Shown here piece after piece: positions 23,618 through 37,862 of a stretch of 64,000 bases of DNA. Below the pieces are notes generated by a model. It saw only the letters and a program-made list of their open reading frames with translations. It had not been told where the DNA came from and made no database searches. Made by a program: the position numbers and the translations under genes. The DNA is from Marsupella aquatica (lineage: Eukaryota; Plantae; Marchantiophyta): NCBI GenBank assembly GCA_973895155.1, contig OZ316894.1, positions 19,568,805-19,632,804 on the forward strand. The letters are read 5' to 3'. Each line of letters starts with the position of its first letter. Within the stretch, counting starts at the first letter, position 1.

Positions 23618-26600
23618 ATTGGAGTCTGCTATATTATATGTACAGGACCACACCTGTTTCAGTTGGTACCTTGACAGTTCTTCAGCTTCGAGTAACATTA
23701 TCTGGCGACACGGGAGTCTGACGTACGTGTATTCACGAATCTGCGATCGTGGAAGATATTGACGGAAGGCCTGGAATTGAACGAAGAGTTGTGACGCATC
23801 TTAGGGACCAATCATTTGACTCTAACGATGGTGCTCAAATAAAACTATTTCAGAGCGAACCTTTTGAACCGATCAGTAATTAAGTGAAGATACTTCAATG
23901 TCCAATTCAATTATGATGGAGCGATATCGAATCTATCCAGGCATCATATAGCTAGGCACTTCTCAATGGGACGCGCGTAATCGGAAATTTAGTAGAAACA
24001 GCTGGATTGAATCCGTCCATCTCGGAAGAATCAATCATTGTCGGTAACGACCGCTTTTAGTAGTACTGCCCCTCGATAGCTCGGAAAGGCTACACCCTGG
24101 CTCCCTTCAGTTGTCTGAGGACTGGCCTGGCCGAATATAATCGATCCGGACCGGACAACCTCTTGCAGAGCTGCTAGCTCGATTGATTCCCTCGAAAGTT
24201 AGTGAGGGAATCACTTAGCATAGTTATATATCCACATTTGTCTTTCCACATCAGGGTGATGAAATAGCGCATCATCTCTAAGACTTATCCGCCAGTACAC
24301 TATTCTCGGCAGGAAACGAAGATGACAGTACTTTCAGGCTGGAGTGTCCGCATCGCGTCCAACGCGAACACTTTCGCACCGGAAGTTCCCATCAAATGAG
24401 GCGCTTAGTCCTGTGGATACAAGATCTACTTTCTGAGTCGACGTTGACAATTCATGACGTTAGTGAATTTGTGCTTCAGGAATAGTTCGATCTGGGATTC
24501 ATTCGTGCGCACTGATCGCCGGCATATACTTCCACGATTGGAGATTCGTGTTGGGTAGGTTCAACTAATGTTGTTTGCTTTCTAATGTGGCAATCGATCA
24601 TGGCCTGCTAAGTCCCACTCTGCCACCACCAGGCCAATTCAAATAATGTTGTCCTTGAAAACCCTTGTATTCCTGCTAGTTAGACGTCTTTGACCAGTTT
24701 GCTCTCAGATCTTGAAATGGTTCATGTTGGGATACCTCCTCCTAGCTGATCGAGCGCCAACCAGTTCCACCCATTCAGTTAGTAATTCGTACAGATTCCT
24801 AATATTCAAAGATGCCAGTGGACAATTGAAGACGACGCTAGCTCTCAAACCCTGATTGTGTGCGGGATTGTCTGCAGCAGGAAGGATGTCTATGTCAAAT
24901 GTGTAAGGTCTTGCACAGTACTAGCTCCCTCAACGATCCAAACTTAGTGACCAAGGTTCCTAAAACCTCCATCTAATTAGGTTCTTCGCCTACATGATAC
25001 GGCAGCGCAGAAGACAGATACCGACTTTCCATGACAGTAAGCGTTGTGTTGTCCTTGGTAAGCGTTGTGTAGATCCAGTAAAATATTTTAGCCCATATTT
25101 TCACTCTGTTCAGTTGCAATCGAGGATGAACCGGGTCAGTTTGCCAGTGCCGAGTGTTGAGATGATGTAGGGGACCACCGATACACCAGCAGCATCGATC
25201 AGGCGCGGAATGTAATGTCAACGACAACGACTAGGATCATACGGAGTGTGATTTTCAGTCTTCCTCGGTACAGAGGCGGTTCGGGAATCTGAGTGCGACT
25301 GCGACACACTGCGAACGTTCTCTTGAAGTGACATCCAAATATCCAATACTTGGATCATTTGTCCTTCGATTTGCTTTTGATTTTTGCACATTCCTTGCCC
25401 TGAGTAAACGTCTGCCATATATCATGAAGGTTGGGGTTCCTCTCCAGTGGGCATCCCCTTCCGTCAGTAACTCGAAGGATTAGAACATGTGGACATATCT
25501 CCATCCACGGATAATATCAAGAGGCAACGACTCTACTGAATTGTTCTTCTTGTCTATTTCAACATCCATTTCTGGCTAAGAGTTACTATCTCAATAGTGC
25601 AAGTCACGCGAGCTCTCACTACTAACCGTAATTTCTATAGCCATGTCCAAGCAAGGAGCTACAAGCTCATAGTAGGCCACAAAACCCTCATCATCTTGTC
25701 TATTTCAACGACGTTCAATATCAAAGCTGCAGTTCAGAGGTACATGGCATCTATAGACCCTGACTGAAGTTTTCAGTTATTAACGAATTCTACTAACATT
25801 TGTATCATTGTTGTCAGTTTTCTGATTAACTTACATGATTTCAGTTATGGCAAGGTGGGGGAAAAGAGCCTGGCCCTCGTCTGCTAAATTCCATGTGCCA
25901 GTTCGAATTTACTATGATGTTCCAATAGATACAACGATGACTTTCCGTGAGACCCAGTATTTTACTCTGCCGGCTGTTTTACGTGCAAGTCTAATCTGCA
26001 ATCCACGAAGTTGAAGCGCAATGTTCCACTGATTTTCCCCTCTGACCCGGCCGTTATTTCCCGTGCAGACAGACGAAAAGAATGATTTATAGTCCTGCTA
26101 GAGCCTACTAGCTCAGGAATTATATAGACCATGCACTGTTGGCGAAGCTCGCCTTTGCATTTAGGAACACATACCGCTCACCGACTGTCACCAGTTTCAT
26201 TACCTATCCTCTTGGTAGCAATTAGCACAATTTTTTTCTTTTCTAATTTTGATCCTGGATCAAAATATTGATAGAGTTGTACAATGGTGGTGGAGCACTG
26301 CAGCTAGGTCATATGTTCGTCTAACATATGTTCCGAACCTGCTGAGAGGCCTCAGCATTTAGGATTTAGGGAGGTGGCTAGTCGGAGATATTGCCACCAA
26401 TGGAGAAGAATTCTAGCGAAGGACGACAGTACTTCATGATTAAGAGGTGGAGATCGATACTTAACCGTCTAGCACTTTTCAAAAAATGATACGAACCTTT
26501 CTCTACACTCTTTGATGTTTTCCCTTGAGTTCACGTAAAAAATGAAATGGTCTGAACAGGTCCAACAGCCCAGTTCAATTTATTTCGATCATCACCAGTT

Positions 26601-28199
26601 TTCTGATTAACTTTCCTGCTTTGCACAGATGACTTTTGAGAAATGCACCGCCATCTCATGCACAGAGGTGAAAAGGTAAAATGCACTTAAAGAATGGTGT
26701 AAAAATTATATTTACACCGAATCTAAGTGCAGAAATCTCCCATAGTGACTTTGCACCAGTATCGGCTTTTATCTTGTCGAAGCTTTAAGTGCAAAACCCT
26801 GCGGAAGTTAAAACAAAGTGCAAATCTTGAGAAGGGAGGAGGAGTACGTGACAGAGTTCAATAAGAAAATCAAACTGCATGTGTACATTGACACATGACA
26901 GGAATATGACTGAAGAGATTTTTTGTAATTAAGCTTGGCAAAACTTTGGGACTTTTGAGAGCAGATTAATTCTAATTACTGGAGGCGAGGATGGCAGAGA
27001 AACCACGGCCGCCTCTATAACTTTGTACATATACCAATCAACATATCGATAGTCTTTAAAGCAACTATAAGTTTTTGAAGCTAATTCACATACAGTCTTC
27101 CCTTGTCGTTGTCGTCAATATTCAGCCATTGTGGTGGATCCTTATCAGGGAAAGTAGCACTCAGATCCATTGGCGAAATTCAGTGGACAGATAAATTCAC
27201 AAAACAGCACCTCTAGGGTCGCCCGGGTATCACAAAACCTTTGTGGGTGAACTGGCTACATACTCAAGTACGTGGCTTGTTGAGATGTTTGCGCAGGTAC
27301 TCTGCTTCATCGAAAGGCCACGCGCGGATAGTCAGTAACTTGCTGAAAGAATTGTAAACAGCTGAATTTTACATGATCGAGCATGAACGAAGGCTTGAAC
27401 TATATACCATGAGATGATCAGCAGGTTGCAAAACATACTGAAAGCGCTTCCCTCTATTTAATTACTAATTGCTCTGAAACATATGCAGATTATACAGAGG
27501 CCAGGATAACTTGTATATATCTCTACAAAGAAAATTCACTGATACAACTACAAGTGGCCTTCCTCCAAACTGGTATGATCGAGAAGCCTGAGAACTAAGC
27601 ATCTAGCGCATAAGAATGTTGCTTTGCAACACTGGCCTCCTGGTGGGATAGCAACTTGAAGCCTAATTAAGATCCAGCATAAATAGAATTTATTAACTAG
27701 CTACAATGGCAAACTTATTCAAAGATTAAAGCACAATGGTGAGGAACTCCTGATCAGGGAGGCATTAAGAAGAAGAGACTGACCTCACATATGTAAGAGA
27801 TCAACCCCTGTATTGTTCATTCTAAGCAACTCCTTTCTATTTTTCTCATGTTGATATTTAGGATATATTTAGGGTTTATTTAGGATGTGTGACCTGTCTC
27901 TACTATCTGGCATGAGTGAAGGCACCGGATAATCTAACTTCACAGGAAAGCCATGGAGAATTTAACTATTTTGAAAGTCAGCACAGGGGTTTCAGAAAAG
28001 CTTGTAACAAGTGATGTTCTTTTTTTCTTTGTAATAACTTAGAGGACATGAGAATAAAAAGTAGAGGAATTAATAGGCCTAGCAATTTTGGAATTAGATA
28101 AGCAATTTCAGTCATATTCATCTTTGGTAGACAATAAAGATTAAGTCTGTAAAATTGTCAATGAAGGTTGTGCTCTCTTCTATAGTAATCTACTATGTT

Positions 28200-29230
28200 A
28201 ATTAGGAACTGGTATATATGTTATCTTCACATCCTTGCATGGCGCTTTGGTGAATCTCTGTGGCGCAATCAACACGTACATGGAAAGTGATAGAAACCGG
28301 TTTCCATGTCAAAATTCTCCTATTCTCCAACTCTTCACAAATGGATGGCCATAATTGATAAGACTTTCTACACTTGACATTGCGACAAATCAACGATTGC
28401 TGCCAAATACTTTCTGGATCCCAGAATTGCTTGTACTCTTATATCTTGGTGCCATGCCAAAACTCATCTATATGAAATGGTCTTTGTTCCAACTCAGGTA
28501 GCCATTTTGATCAATTCTGCCACATACGCAGAATCATAGCAAAAGGTCTGGCTTTGAAAAAGTGAAGTGAAGATATTTGCTAACGGCAAATAACTGAATG
28601 TGCAAATTTTGGATTTGTCAATCCCACAACCTTCAAAAGCCAGGGCACAAGGTGTATTCATCTAAGAGCTTAAAAACTGTTGGAGTATATATGCTCAACT
28701 CCTACTTCCCCTGTGCTTATTTGCCATTTATCAGCAACAGTCATTCCATTCATCTCATATACTTCCATCAGATGATCCCAAGTTTGAGGTGCAGCCATCC
28801 CATTTTCACCTCTGCTCCATTCACAGCCCGCTAATTAAATAGAACAGCCTTGCCAAAGACAATCTCATGTAATCTATAGGAATCTCAACAATGTCAATGA
28901 TTGGAATCTTGGTCTTTGTTCATGCCACAAAATAATATTTTCAAAACTCTCTTTTGACAAGCAATGCTTACTTTGTGATGATCTAGAACTGAAAAAAGTT
29001 CTATCGCCATCTCTAGAATAGCATCATCCAAACACTTCACAATATCATGTTGATCTTGTTCTCCCTTCTCTTCAAGGATGTTGATAGTCGACACTACAAC
29101 ACAATTATCATCAAATTCATATTCCTCTTGGAATGATTGTTGCAAGCCCTCCATTCTGTACGTGGTCCTCGTGTGGGTTGCTTCCCATTCTAGGATCATA
29201 AGTTTCTCCTTATGTACCTGATACAAAGTG
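28200..29230 (-). pseudogene. Degenerate transposase-like remnant (probably CACTA/EnSpm-related)
   Basis: Broken frames give YLPLANIFTSLFQSQTFC..W..WL..PFHIDEFWHGTKI*EYKQFWDPESIW..ICRNVKC, resembling the Tnp2-type 'D/E(I/F)(W/Y)DG' region; contains stops and frameshifts. Confidence 0.4.
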
Positions 29231-32200
29231 CTGTAACTCTTTGAACAATTCTCAGATCTTCTTTGAGTGTAACAATTCTCAGATCTTCTTTGAGTGTGGC
29301 CTCATTACCTTTGTCAGATGTTGAGTCTCTTACTTGCAATCTCTGTGCCCAACTATTGATGCTCATATATATGCCTCCTTTGGGTATTCCTTGGAATTAT
29401 TTTTCCACTCTCACCACATAATTGGCAGATGCACTTAGCTAGCCTCAAATGACTACCAGAATCCATATTGAACCAAGCTCTTCATGCTGTAAGCTCATAT
29501 CCTGGGGGTTTATATCACAAATAACACCTGGAGGATGGGTAGCAGCACCTCGAGCAGCACTAGGATATTCAAAGACTTCCCCTATGTCATCCTTAGTTAT
29601 GAGAGTGACATCTGCAGGTGGTCTTAGGAATCATGTTATAACCATCTGCACTCTGGGCAGGGAATTCTCATCCATGAAGAGTGGCTGTTTGTTGATAGGT
29701 CACTTGTTGGGCTCAGATTTTTGTCTTCTTGTTAATCCTGGGCCATACATCCAGATATTTCACAATGGGGTAGTTTCTATCACAGTAATTGGCTCTTGCT
29801 TGTTATGTCTAGATACTTCTGTTGCAAATATGGTCAATTTCTTTCTCTCTACTTGAAACTAAATTTGGAACATTTAAGTGAACGAAAACTTAATTGTTGG
29901 GCAATTTGGGCTTTGTTTGTGTTGATTTTTTTATTTTTAACAAAGGCCAGGAGCCCATCACTTTATTAATGGGGAAGAAGAAACAAAGACCCGTTTGAAA
30001 GGAGGAGACAGGCCAGAAAGAAAAGGAAATTAAGGGCAACTAGAAGAAGGAGCACACCCAGAGAAAGAATCACTAATTGGCGCACCCATCCAGATGCCAG
30101 AAGAGAGGAGGCACATCATAGAGAGGATGGGAGGAGGCCAGGGAGAAATATCCTGACAAACTGATTGCCGGAGAACATCCAGCTACGTTAGCACAAGTCA
30201 TAGTAAGTGCAATCAGACAAATGATTGAGCAAACTTTGTGATGCTGTAAAGACATTTTGTGATAAGGCTTAAGTACTCTCAAGAATATCTTCAACATGTT
30301 CCTGCCCAAAGTTCTGGTTCAGCTTTTTATGAGTCACCAGCAACATCTTTGTATATCAACACCCAGTTTCATAAAATCTATGGAAAACCAAATAGTGGGG
30401 TGCTCATTCCAGTTAAGTTTTATGATAGCATGGTAAGCAAACATCAACTTGATCCATGCTATCAATTGTCTACCACGTACAAAGGTATGTCTTGTCACCT
30501 CACACAAAGAAAAAAGTGAAAGTGTATGCAGTCTACATACGCGGCAATCAGGGCATAGCTTATACTTGCATTTATCTTCCACATCCACATTCTGACAATC
30601 CAGAGATTGTGAAGGGGGCAATGTCAAGAGACCACTAGTGGTTCCTGATGAAAAGGCAGTTCGCAAACTAAGGATTTGGCCAAACTAGACGAGCAGAGAT
30701 TGGCATTGCTTCTTTCATGGATACTAAGAAAATTGAAGAGCAAGAGTGTCATTCTACATATAGACATTATCCGCTACGTACTGGTGCTGTTGGTCGTACT
30801 TGACCTGGTCCTCGATTTACCATTTGAACGTTTATATTCAGTTTAAAATATCACTATAAAAAAGGCTTCCAAATCTATTAGGCTTGGACAGGTACCCAAT
30901 GAGTATATTAGAGAGACTTAGATTAGATTAATTTGGTAACTTGGAGTTACAATGTACATGCCCTATATCCATTTGCAAATTGATGCCTTGTTGTTGTCCG
31001 CCCATAACCAGGTTTCCTTGTCAATTTCCTTGTGAGGTTTTGCATGGAGGCCTGTCATTTAATACTCCATGTAACTCCATGCCAAATGTGCAAATTAAGG
31101 TGCATTGTGAACTGGCTATAAATAGGACAGCCAACATTATTTGTGTATTTTAACTAGCACGTACATGTCAGTCTAGCAAATGTACCATTCCTTACCCTAC
31201 TATACAAATTCTGGGCATCCCAAGGAAAAATTGTCATATCCCCCTGTGGTAAATCAAATTTATCCTACCTTATCTGGGGGCTTTTACCTAGTTTAATTTT
31301 GGTCTTCTGCAATCCTACTTACAACAAAAACAACCTTAGAGGATTTGTATGTTCTCCTTGTAATAGTTGTTGTTAGCCAAATCTTGTGTGTTCACTAGAA
31401 ACTGCCTATAATATGTAACCAGAACATCAATTTTGGTCTTCCAAACAGTGTCAATGAGTTCTACAATAATGGGCAATGATGCATGACTTGGATGTTTGCA
31501 TGTCATGCATCATGTCATAATTCTACAAAATGAATTTGCATACAAAAGAAATCAATGATTGTCTGAATCTTGGCTAGTAAAACAAATATTATCTGCATTA
31601 TATAGTTTTCCCTCCCTGTAGTGTTTCCTACTTGTTAAATTCCTACATTTGAAGTGGCCGAAATTCCCTATCATGTAATGTTGGATGTTCACTTTACACA
31701 CTTTGTGCTTTTCCCCACTTTAGTGTTAGCCTGGGTGTTATCATGTTAGGTAAGGGTCCCTAATTAAGTGGGGCTTTTAGTACCAACATGGGAGTGTGTC
31801 CAATCTGCCTTGTGCACCTTATCACTCAAGCCAAGAGTCTCAAATATTCTTGGACAACATGTGACTGTATTCAACTCAGTTGATGACAGCGCAATTGAAT
31901 TAGTTTACATTATGGCAGCCCAGTTTGTTTTGCTGATTGCTGGAAGTGAGCACCAGTCGGACCTAGTTGCTTTGTCGCTATTGGAAGTGAGCTTAATTCG
32001 ACCACCCCACCAAATTGAATTATAGTTTACATTATGGCATCCCAGTTTAATTTTCTGATAGCTTGAAGTGAGCAGCATGGAATATAATTCAAGTTTACTT
32101 CAAATTGGCAATATTAACAAACCTATTACGTGGACGACTTGAAGCTCCTTCAATTGCCGTTATGAGTTTGTAACGCATATAGTAATATTGAGAGTAAAAC

Positions 32201-32294
32201 ATAGAGTGGTTACATGGATCTTATTGTGGTATGTGCTTGCTCGTGTGCTTGGATGGGGGAAATGAGCGGTCGTGACATGAGTAGTTACACAATC

Positions 32295-32584
32295 CTCAGG
32301 GGGTACACTAAGTGTATATTTTAGGGTACCACATGCGATCCTAGCCTAATATAAATAGACCTATTATATAAAGAAAATATCCCAAAAATATTCTCCATTT
32401 TTGATATAATTAATAACCTATTTTACTTTATAAAAGGTATATTTTAGAGAATATTCTATAAACATGAGTTTATAATACCTTCTTTTGCCTCCTACACTTT
32501 TTAAAAACTTAGTTAATTTCTATCAAAAATACCTATTTTGGATCGCACGTGGTTCCTAAGATTTTTGATAGTCAACCCCTTGAA
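32295..32584. mobile_element. MITE (family B), 290 bp, 8-bp TSD
   Basis: TSD ACACAATC at 32287-32294 and 32585-32592. Degenerate TIR CTCAGGGGGTACACT / AGTCAACCCCTTGAA plus subterminal IR ACCACATGCGATCC / GGATCGCACGTGGT; AT-rich interior. Confidence 0.8.
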
Positions 32585-33229
32585 ACACAATCTCATCTGT
32601 CATCACCAAGGATTGGATTACAATGTGTAATCTTGAGTCAAAATTTGGCACTTCATTTTTGGAGAAGCTAATTTGCTATCATCGCCGAGGATTACAGTGT
32701 GTAAGAGTCAAAGTTTGGCAGTTCATTTCTGGAGTAAGCTAATTTGTTGTCATCGCCAAAGATTACAATGTGTTAGAGTCAAAGTTTAACCGTTCATTTC
32801 CGGAGTAAGGTAATTTGCTAGTGCAAGTCGGTACAACACTAATTGAAGCTTACATTACAGCACATAAGCTAATAGGCCAGTTTGTTTTTGTAGGAGGTGA
32901 TTATATTGTGGCTGTTGGGAGTGAGTGCCCCATTGTACAGCAGAGCATGGCCCAGTTTGTCTACAGAGGAGGTGGTTAATTTATGTAAGTTGAAAGTAAG
33001 TGCACACAGAAATAGAAGTTTGCATACAAGAGCAGAGTAGTAACCAAATTAAGTACCCCAGTCCGTTCTTTGGAGCAAGTTGATTTGCAGTAGTTTGAAG
33101 TGAGCACATTCAAAATTAACCAAACGGAGCAGGAGAAGTAACAAGGTTATTTTTGGAGGTGACATATTACTTGTTGTTGGATGTTGAGCATCATTTTTGA
33201 AGGTGATTAACTATTGTTGAAGGTGAGGA

Positions 33230-33514
33230 CTCGGGGGTCTCACTATATGGATGCCTCCCCATCACTTGCTATGTTTTTAGGTCTTGGACCCCCTAAAATA
33301 TAAGAAACAAATTTATTTTTCAACCCCTATGAAGTTGGAATATTCCAAAATTTTGGTTATAAGGACCCTAATGTTCTTATAAGTCTCAAAATTTGATTTA
33401 AAAGACCCTATTGTTCTTCTCATAAAATTCTTAAGTCTTCCCTTTGAACCAATAAAATGACCCTATACTTCATCGCACGTGATATGCCATTTTTGTGGAA
33501 GTGAAACCCCCAAG
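33230..33514 (-). mobile_element. MITE (family A), copy 1
   Basis: TIR CTCGGGGGTCTCACT / AGTGAAACCCCCAAG; TSD GGTGAGGA / AGTGAGGA (7/8). Reverse complement of the copies at 48569 and 53212. Confidence 0.9.
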
Positions 33515-35353
33515 AGTGAGGATTGTACCAAATTGAAACTTACATATTTAATCTGAGTAAATCAAGAAGTAGCCTGGTAGTTTAATTTTTAAACAAATTG
33601 AGTTGCTCTTGGAAAGCACAGGCCCCATTGAAACATAGAGCGCACAAGCAGCCCATTTGATTAATTAGAGGAGGTGATCAACTGCTGTTGGAAGTGAACA
33701 TGGCACTAAGTTGGAGTTTTTCCCGCTGTGCAGAGCTAGAAGTAGCCAAAATAGCTGCCCAGGTTCTTTTGGAGCAAGTTGATTTGCTGTTCAAAGCACT
33801 ATGCTAAATTGAAGGACAAAGGCAGAGATTGGCAGAGGCCTCCTGTTTGATTTGGAGCAAGTTCATTTGCTCAAGTTGGAAGTGAGCACATCGATCATCA
33901 AACTGAAATTTTCAGAGAAAAAAGTAGTCATGTGCTTAGCCCAGACTGCAAAGCAATCAGTTGTAGACTATAAATAGTAGCCAGTTTATTTTTCACATCC
34001 TCATTGTCATGGCTGCTGTGAAGGGCATGGATCCTTTGCAACTGACCAAATTTCTCTTGGAGAAAAACCTAATTGAGAAAGAGCAGTCAAAGGCCCTTAT
34101 TCTCCATGCCAGGATGTAGATGGGAAAATTATTTTGGAGATGTCAGTAGAGGAGCTTATTGCTCGTCTTCAATACAATTTTGGGAAAAAGGCTGGCTGAA
34201 AAAGAACAGTACTGTACCTACTATCAAACCAGTAGTTAATAGTGAGAGTGAGATGAGGACTGTGCAGAGAGTGGCACTTGTAAACAAGGACAACAGCCTT
34301 GTTAACAGAGAAAGTGAGAAAGTTATAAATCAATTACCATAGTAGAGATCTCTGGTTGATGAGACCCCCATATTCCTACAATAGCAATGACAAAGGTCGT
34401 GTGAGAAAGCTGAGGTCTACTAATTAAGTTGCCATTAGACCCTGCTGTTGATATTGTTGAGCTCAAGAGTAGAGTCTTTGACAAAAAACCTACAGGAGAG
34501 TATATATACAAATATGTGGGGAAAGGGTTATCTTGAGACTTATCACCCAAGAGCACATTCTGCATATAACAAAAATGTGGAACAAATGAGGGGGTTTTTT
34601 CTGATATTTACAATCTAGTGGTAGCCAATGCTTGGAGGTCTAATTTTAAGAAGGATAAGAAGTCCTACATCAGCACTCTGGAATTCATAGAGGACCATTG
34701 CTTTCCTCAATTGGAAGATCTTGTTTTGACAATTGAAGGAGTGACCTGGCCTGCAAAGGATATTGTGAGGTGGTTTCTGGAACACAAGAAACACCACTCC
34801 AACAAACGGCTCCAACAAGTCTCTTCAATTGAGTCAAAATTAAAATGAGGCATTTTTGGGAGCACTTCCAACTTCTATTCACACAAGTGGTTTGGATGAG
34901 ATTTACTTTTCTCAGGAATTGAAAGATACCCACTTTGTACATTTGATAGAAGAGTCAACTCCAGTTACCCCTCCTGAATTTGTTCCTCACATTTCTCCTA
35001 AGTTAATTCCTCAATCAATTAGCTCTTCTGAATTTGGTTGTCAGTTGAAAGTTTCCAGGACAATTCTCTTAGGAGAAGAAAGTCCAGATTCAAATGGTTC
35101 AGAGGCATCCAAGAAGACTTATGTACTTGGAGAGAGTCCAAGCTTGGAAGATACAGGAGCATCACAACAGTTGTTCTTGAAGGAGGCAAACTGGCCTATA
35201 ATAATTCAGAGGCACTGCAGTAGGTCGGTTTTGAAGAAGGGAGACAAAGTCCTCAGTCTTTGGTGGATTCTTCACCATAACACAAACGTCATAGAAAAAT
35301 CCCAATTGTAGCCTACACAACACCAAAGGGTTCACAGCTTTTGGGAGGGACAG

Positions 35354-36901
35354 TGACAATGCCACCCGCAGTGCCAAAACACCCGCAGTGCCAAAACACA
35401 ACTTTGGCTTGATTCCCTCTTCTGGCTAATAGCTAACTTCCCTAAGCAAACACTAGACTGAGTTCCCCCCACTACTCCAGGCTCTTCCCCTAAATACTGA
35501 AAAAACACACCAAAGCACCCCGTACGGGGTCACAACGATGGCGGCTACCCTAGCGGCGCCGCAAAAAAAACCGTCCTTGAGGAATCCCTAACCTAAAACA
35601 TGCGGCACACACATGCTCCTAACACCCTAATATAACTATGGGACCGTCGGTGCCTTCGACGATGCCAACCGCACTTGGTAGTCACGGGGAAGTGAGGGGG
35701 CCACTCAAGGTCGAAACCCTCAACCATTTTGAACTACTCCCCTGAGGGGGACCTGGATAGCTCTGCTCCTCCTGATCACGAATCCGTAAACGGCTCCGTA
35801 AACGGACTCCGGACGACCAAGTACGGATGTTTGAATCCATAATATGCCCGAGCTCATAACTTCTTCATCCTGACTCCGTTCTGGGCGTGCCACACCTTGC
35901 CGGAATCAGCTCCTCGAGCTCCTTCCAACAAGCCCGTGATTCCCCTCATCCAAGGTGTTGCATAATTCAATATCCGTATGACCAACGTCCGTACGCCTCA
36001 CTAGTCTTCCCCCGACTCGCTCACGGAACCGGGAATCCTCACTGCCGGCGCCCTCCGCTGATGTGGGTGTAACACCTACTATTCTCCTTACCGGGGGAGT
36101 CCTTCCTGGGGCCTGGCCAGAGGCTCCCCGTCTCCCGATCAAGAACCACTCTCAATTCCCAGAAGTCACCCAATGCTGCCACTGTTGCTATCATCACAAG
36201 ATCTCAATCAAATTTCATAGCTCTCCAAGCCAAGCGCCAAGGGAATACTTCAAAAAAATGGGGAGATATGTCGAGAGCTTTCCGCAATGAGGTGTGGGAA
36301 AGAAAATGCATTTGCTTTCGGCACTTGGGTGAGTTACTCCCGGCTTGCGGCCTCCTCCTTGCGCCTACTGCCCCACTCGTGGGAGCTTTTACTCCTGCTT
36401 GCCTTCTCCTACCGGGGCTTGCTACTCCCGGGGCGGCACTCCGTCTCGCGCCTGCTGCCTCCCAACTTGCGGGCACGCAGCCTTACGCTGGGCCCTCCAC
36501 CTGGCGCCCCACGGCTAGCGGGCTCCTCCTCCCCGGCTGACTCCACCTGGCGCCCCACGGCTCGCGGGCTCCTACTCCCTGGCTGACTCCGCCATATTAC
36601 ACCGGGGCCAAGAAAAACTGCCGGGGTCTCCAAATATTAATTGGTGGTATCCCTTTAAGATGCCTAATTTTCTTCTCCCACAACGACAAGACCCAAGAGA
36701 GCAAAGGGTCAATTAAAAAAATAGTTCCTCCCGGGTTCAAATAGCTCCGGCCCTCCAGAGCAACATGAACACACACCGGGATGATTAACTTTTAAGAAAT
36801 TAAAAAAAATTGAAAAACTCTTGTGTATATTGGCTTATTTATTTACATGCATCTTGCCAATAACACCTAATGGTGACTTTTCGAGACGGGACCCCGTCAC
36901 A
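35354..36901 (+). mobile_element. Probable LTR remnant (gypsy-like), preceded by a degenerate internal region from ~34000
   Basis: Purine tract GGGAGGGACAG immediately before TG; ends ..CCCCGTCACA. GC-rich internal repeats (CTCCACCTGGCGCCCCACGGCT twice). No partner LTR or TSD. Confidence 0.3.
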
Positions 36902-37537
36902 ATTATCCAGGTAGGCGTACATGCATGCTCAAAGGGGAACACTGTTTAGTCTAATCACTAACTATGGTTTTACTTATGTTGAGTTTTGGCAGGATCTTTT
37001 TGCTCATGATCTATGCAGCATGCCTGGATTGATTCATCGCAAGACAGAGTCTTTGATTTCAAATACAAGTACAGATGAAAACTCACCGAATCTTTCGATG
37101 ACCAGCACTGAAACGGATGACTCAGTCAAGCTGAAGCATCCCAAAAAATCCATTCAGGATATCTATGAAGCCCCAATTTGTGATGCCCCAACAGCCACAA
37201 GGACCAAACTTCCAAAACATCTTCCTGAACATACAGTTTTATCTCTATCGCATATCAATTTCTCTGGTCACAACACTTTAATTACCTCAGGGTGAAAGTA
37301 GACCACTTTTGTCTATTAGTAAGAAGGTAAGTAAAGAGAGTTTTCAACTTTATCTCAGAACTTGTACTAGTACAAAACCATTTGCTTTGTGCTGATGATT
37401 ACTCTTGTTTTCATTATGACTTCAGGTCTCCCATTGAGCAGCTTGAATGCTTACAGTTACAATTAGTCCATTGGAAACAAAGGTTACTATTGTGAACCCT
37501 CCTAAACCGATGAATGGAAAGGTTAGTCTCTTTGCTC

Positions 37538-37680
37538 AGCATATCCAGGATAAGTAAATAAGGATATATATAGCTTAGCACATCCAGGATAAGTAAATAA
37601 GGATATAGCTTAGCACATCCAGGATAAGTAAATAAGGATATAGCTTAGCACATCTAGGATAAGTAAATAAGGAGATAGCT
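37538..37680. repeat. 35-bp minisatellite, 4 copies
   Basis: Unit AGCACATCCAGGATAAGTAAATAAGGATATAGCTT. Confidence 0.9.
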
Positions 37681-37800
37681 CTCTTTTTGTTATAGTGTGT
37701 ACTTGCTATGTATCCAGAGAATATAGAGATATAATAGCTCTTTTTGGCTGTCCTTGAGCTTCACTTCAATCAGGTTTTAGGTAGTCTTTGTATGGCTGTC

Positions 37801-37858
<58 letters not shown>
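37801..37858. repeat. Compound (TA)n(GA)n microsatellite
   Basis: Read directly from the sequence. Confidence 0.95.

Positions 37859-37862
<4 letters not shown>

Larger units (their letters stand above)
31880..33900. repeat. Diverged minisatellite region (recurring GTTGGAAGTGAGCA-like motif; three ~70-bp units at ~32615-32820)
   Basis: Motif variants at ~31941, 31981, 32063, 32915, 33095, 33688 and 33876. GATTACA.TGTGT..GAGTCAAA.TTT..TTCATTT..GGAG occurs three times. Confidence 0.6.

Noticed and set aside
29940-30200. Possible additional CRE 3' tail on the minus strand
   Set aside because: Compositional resemblance only.
31880-33900. LRR-coding remnant
   Set aside because: No frame gives LRR periodicity; treated as a minisatellite.
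37538-37680. CRISPR-like 35-bp repeats
   Set aside because: Head-to-tail units without spacers, in a eukaryotic context with no cas genes.
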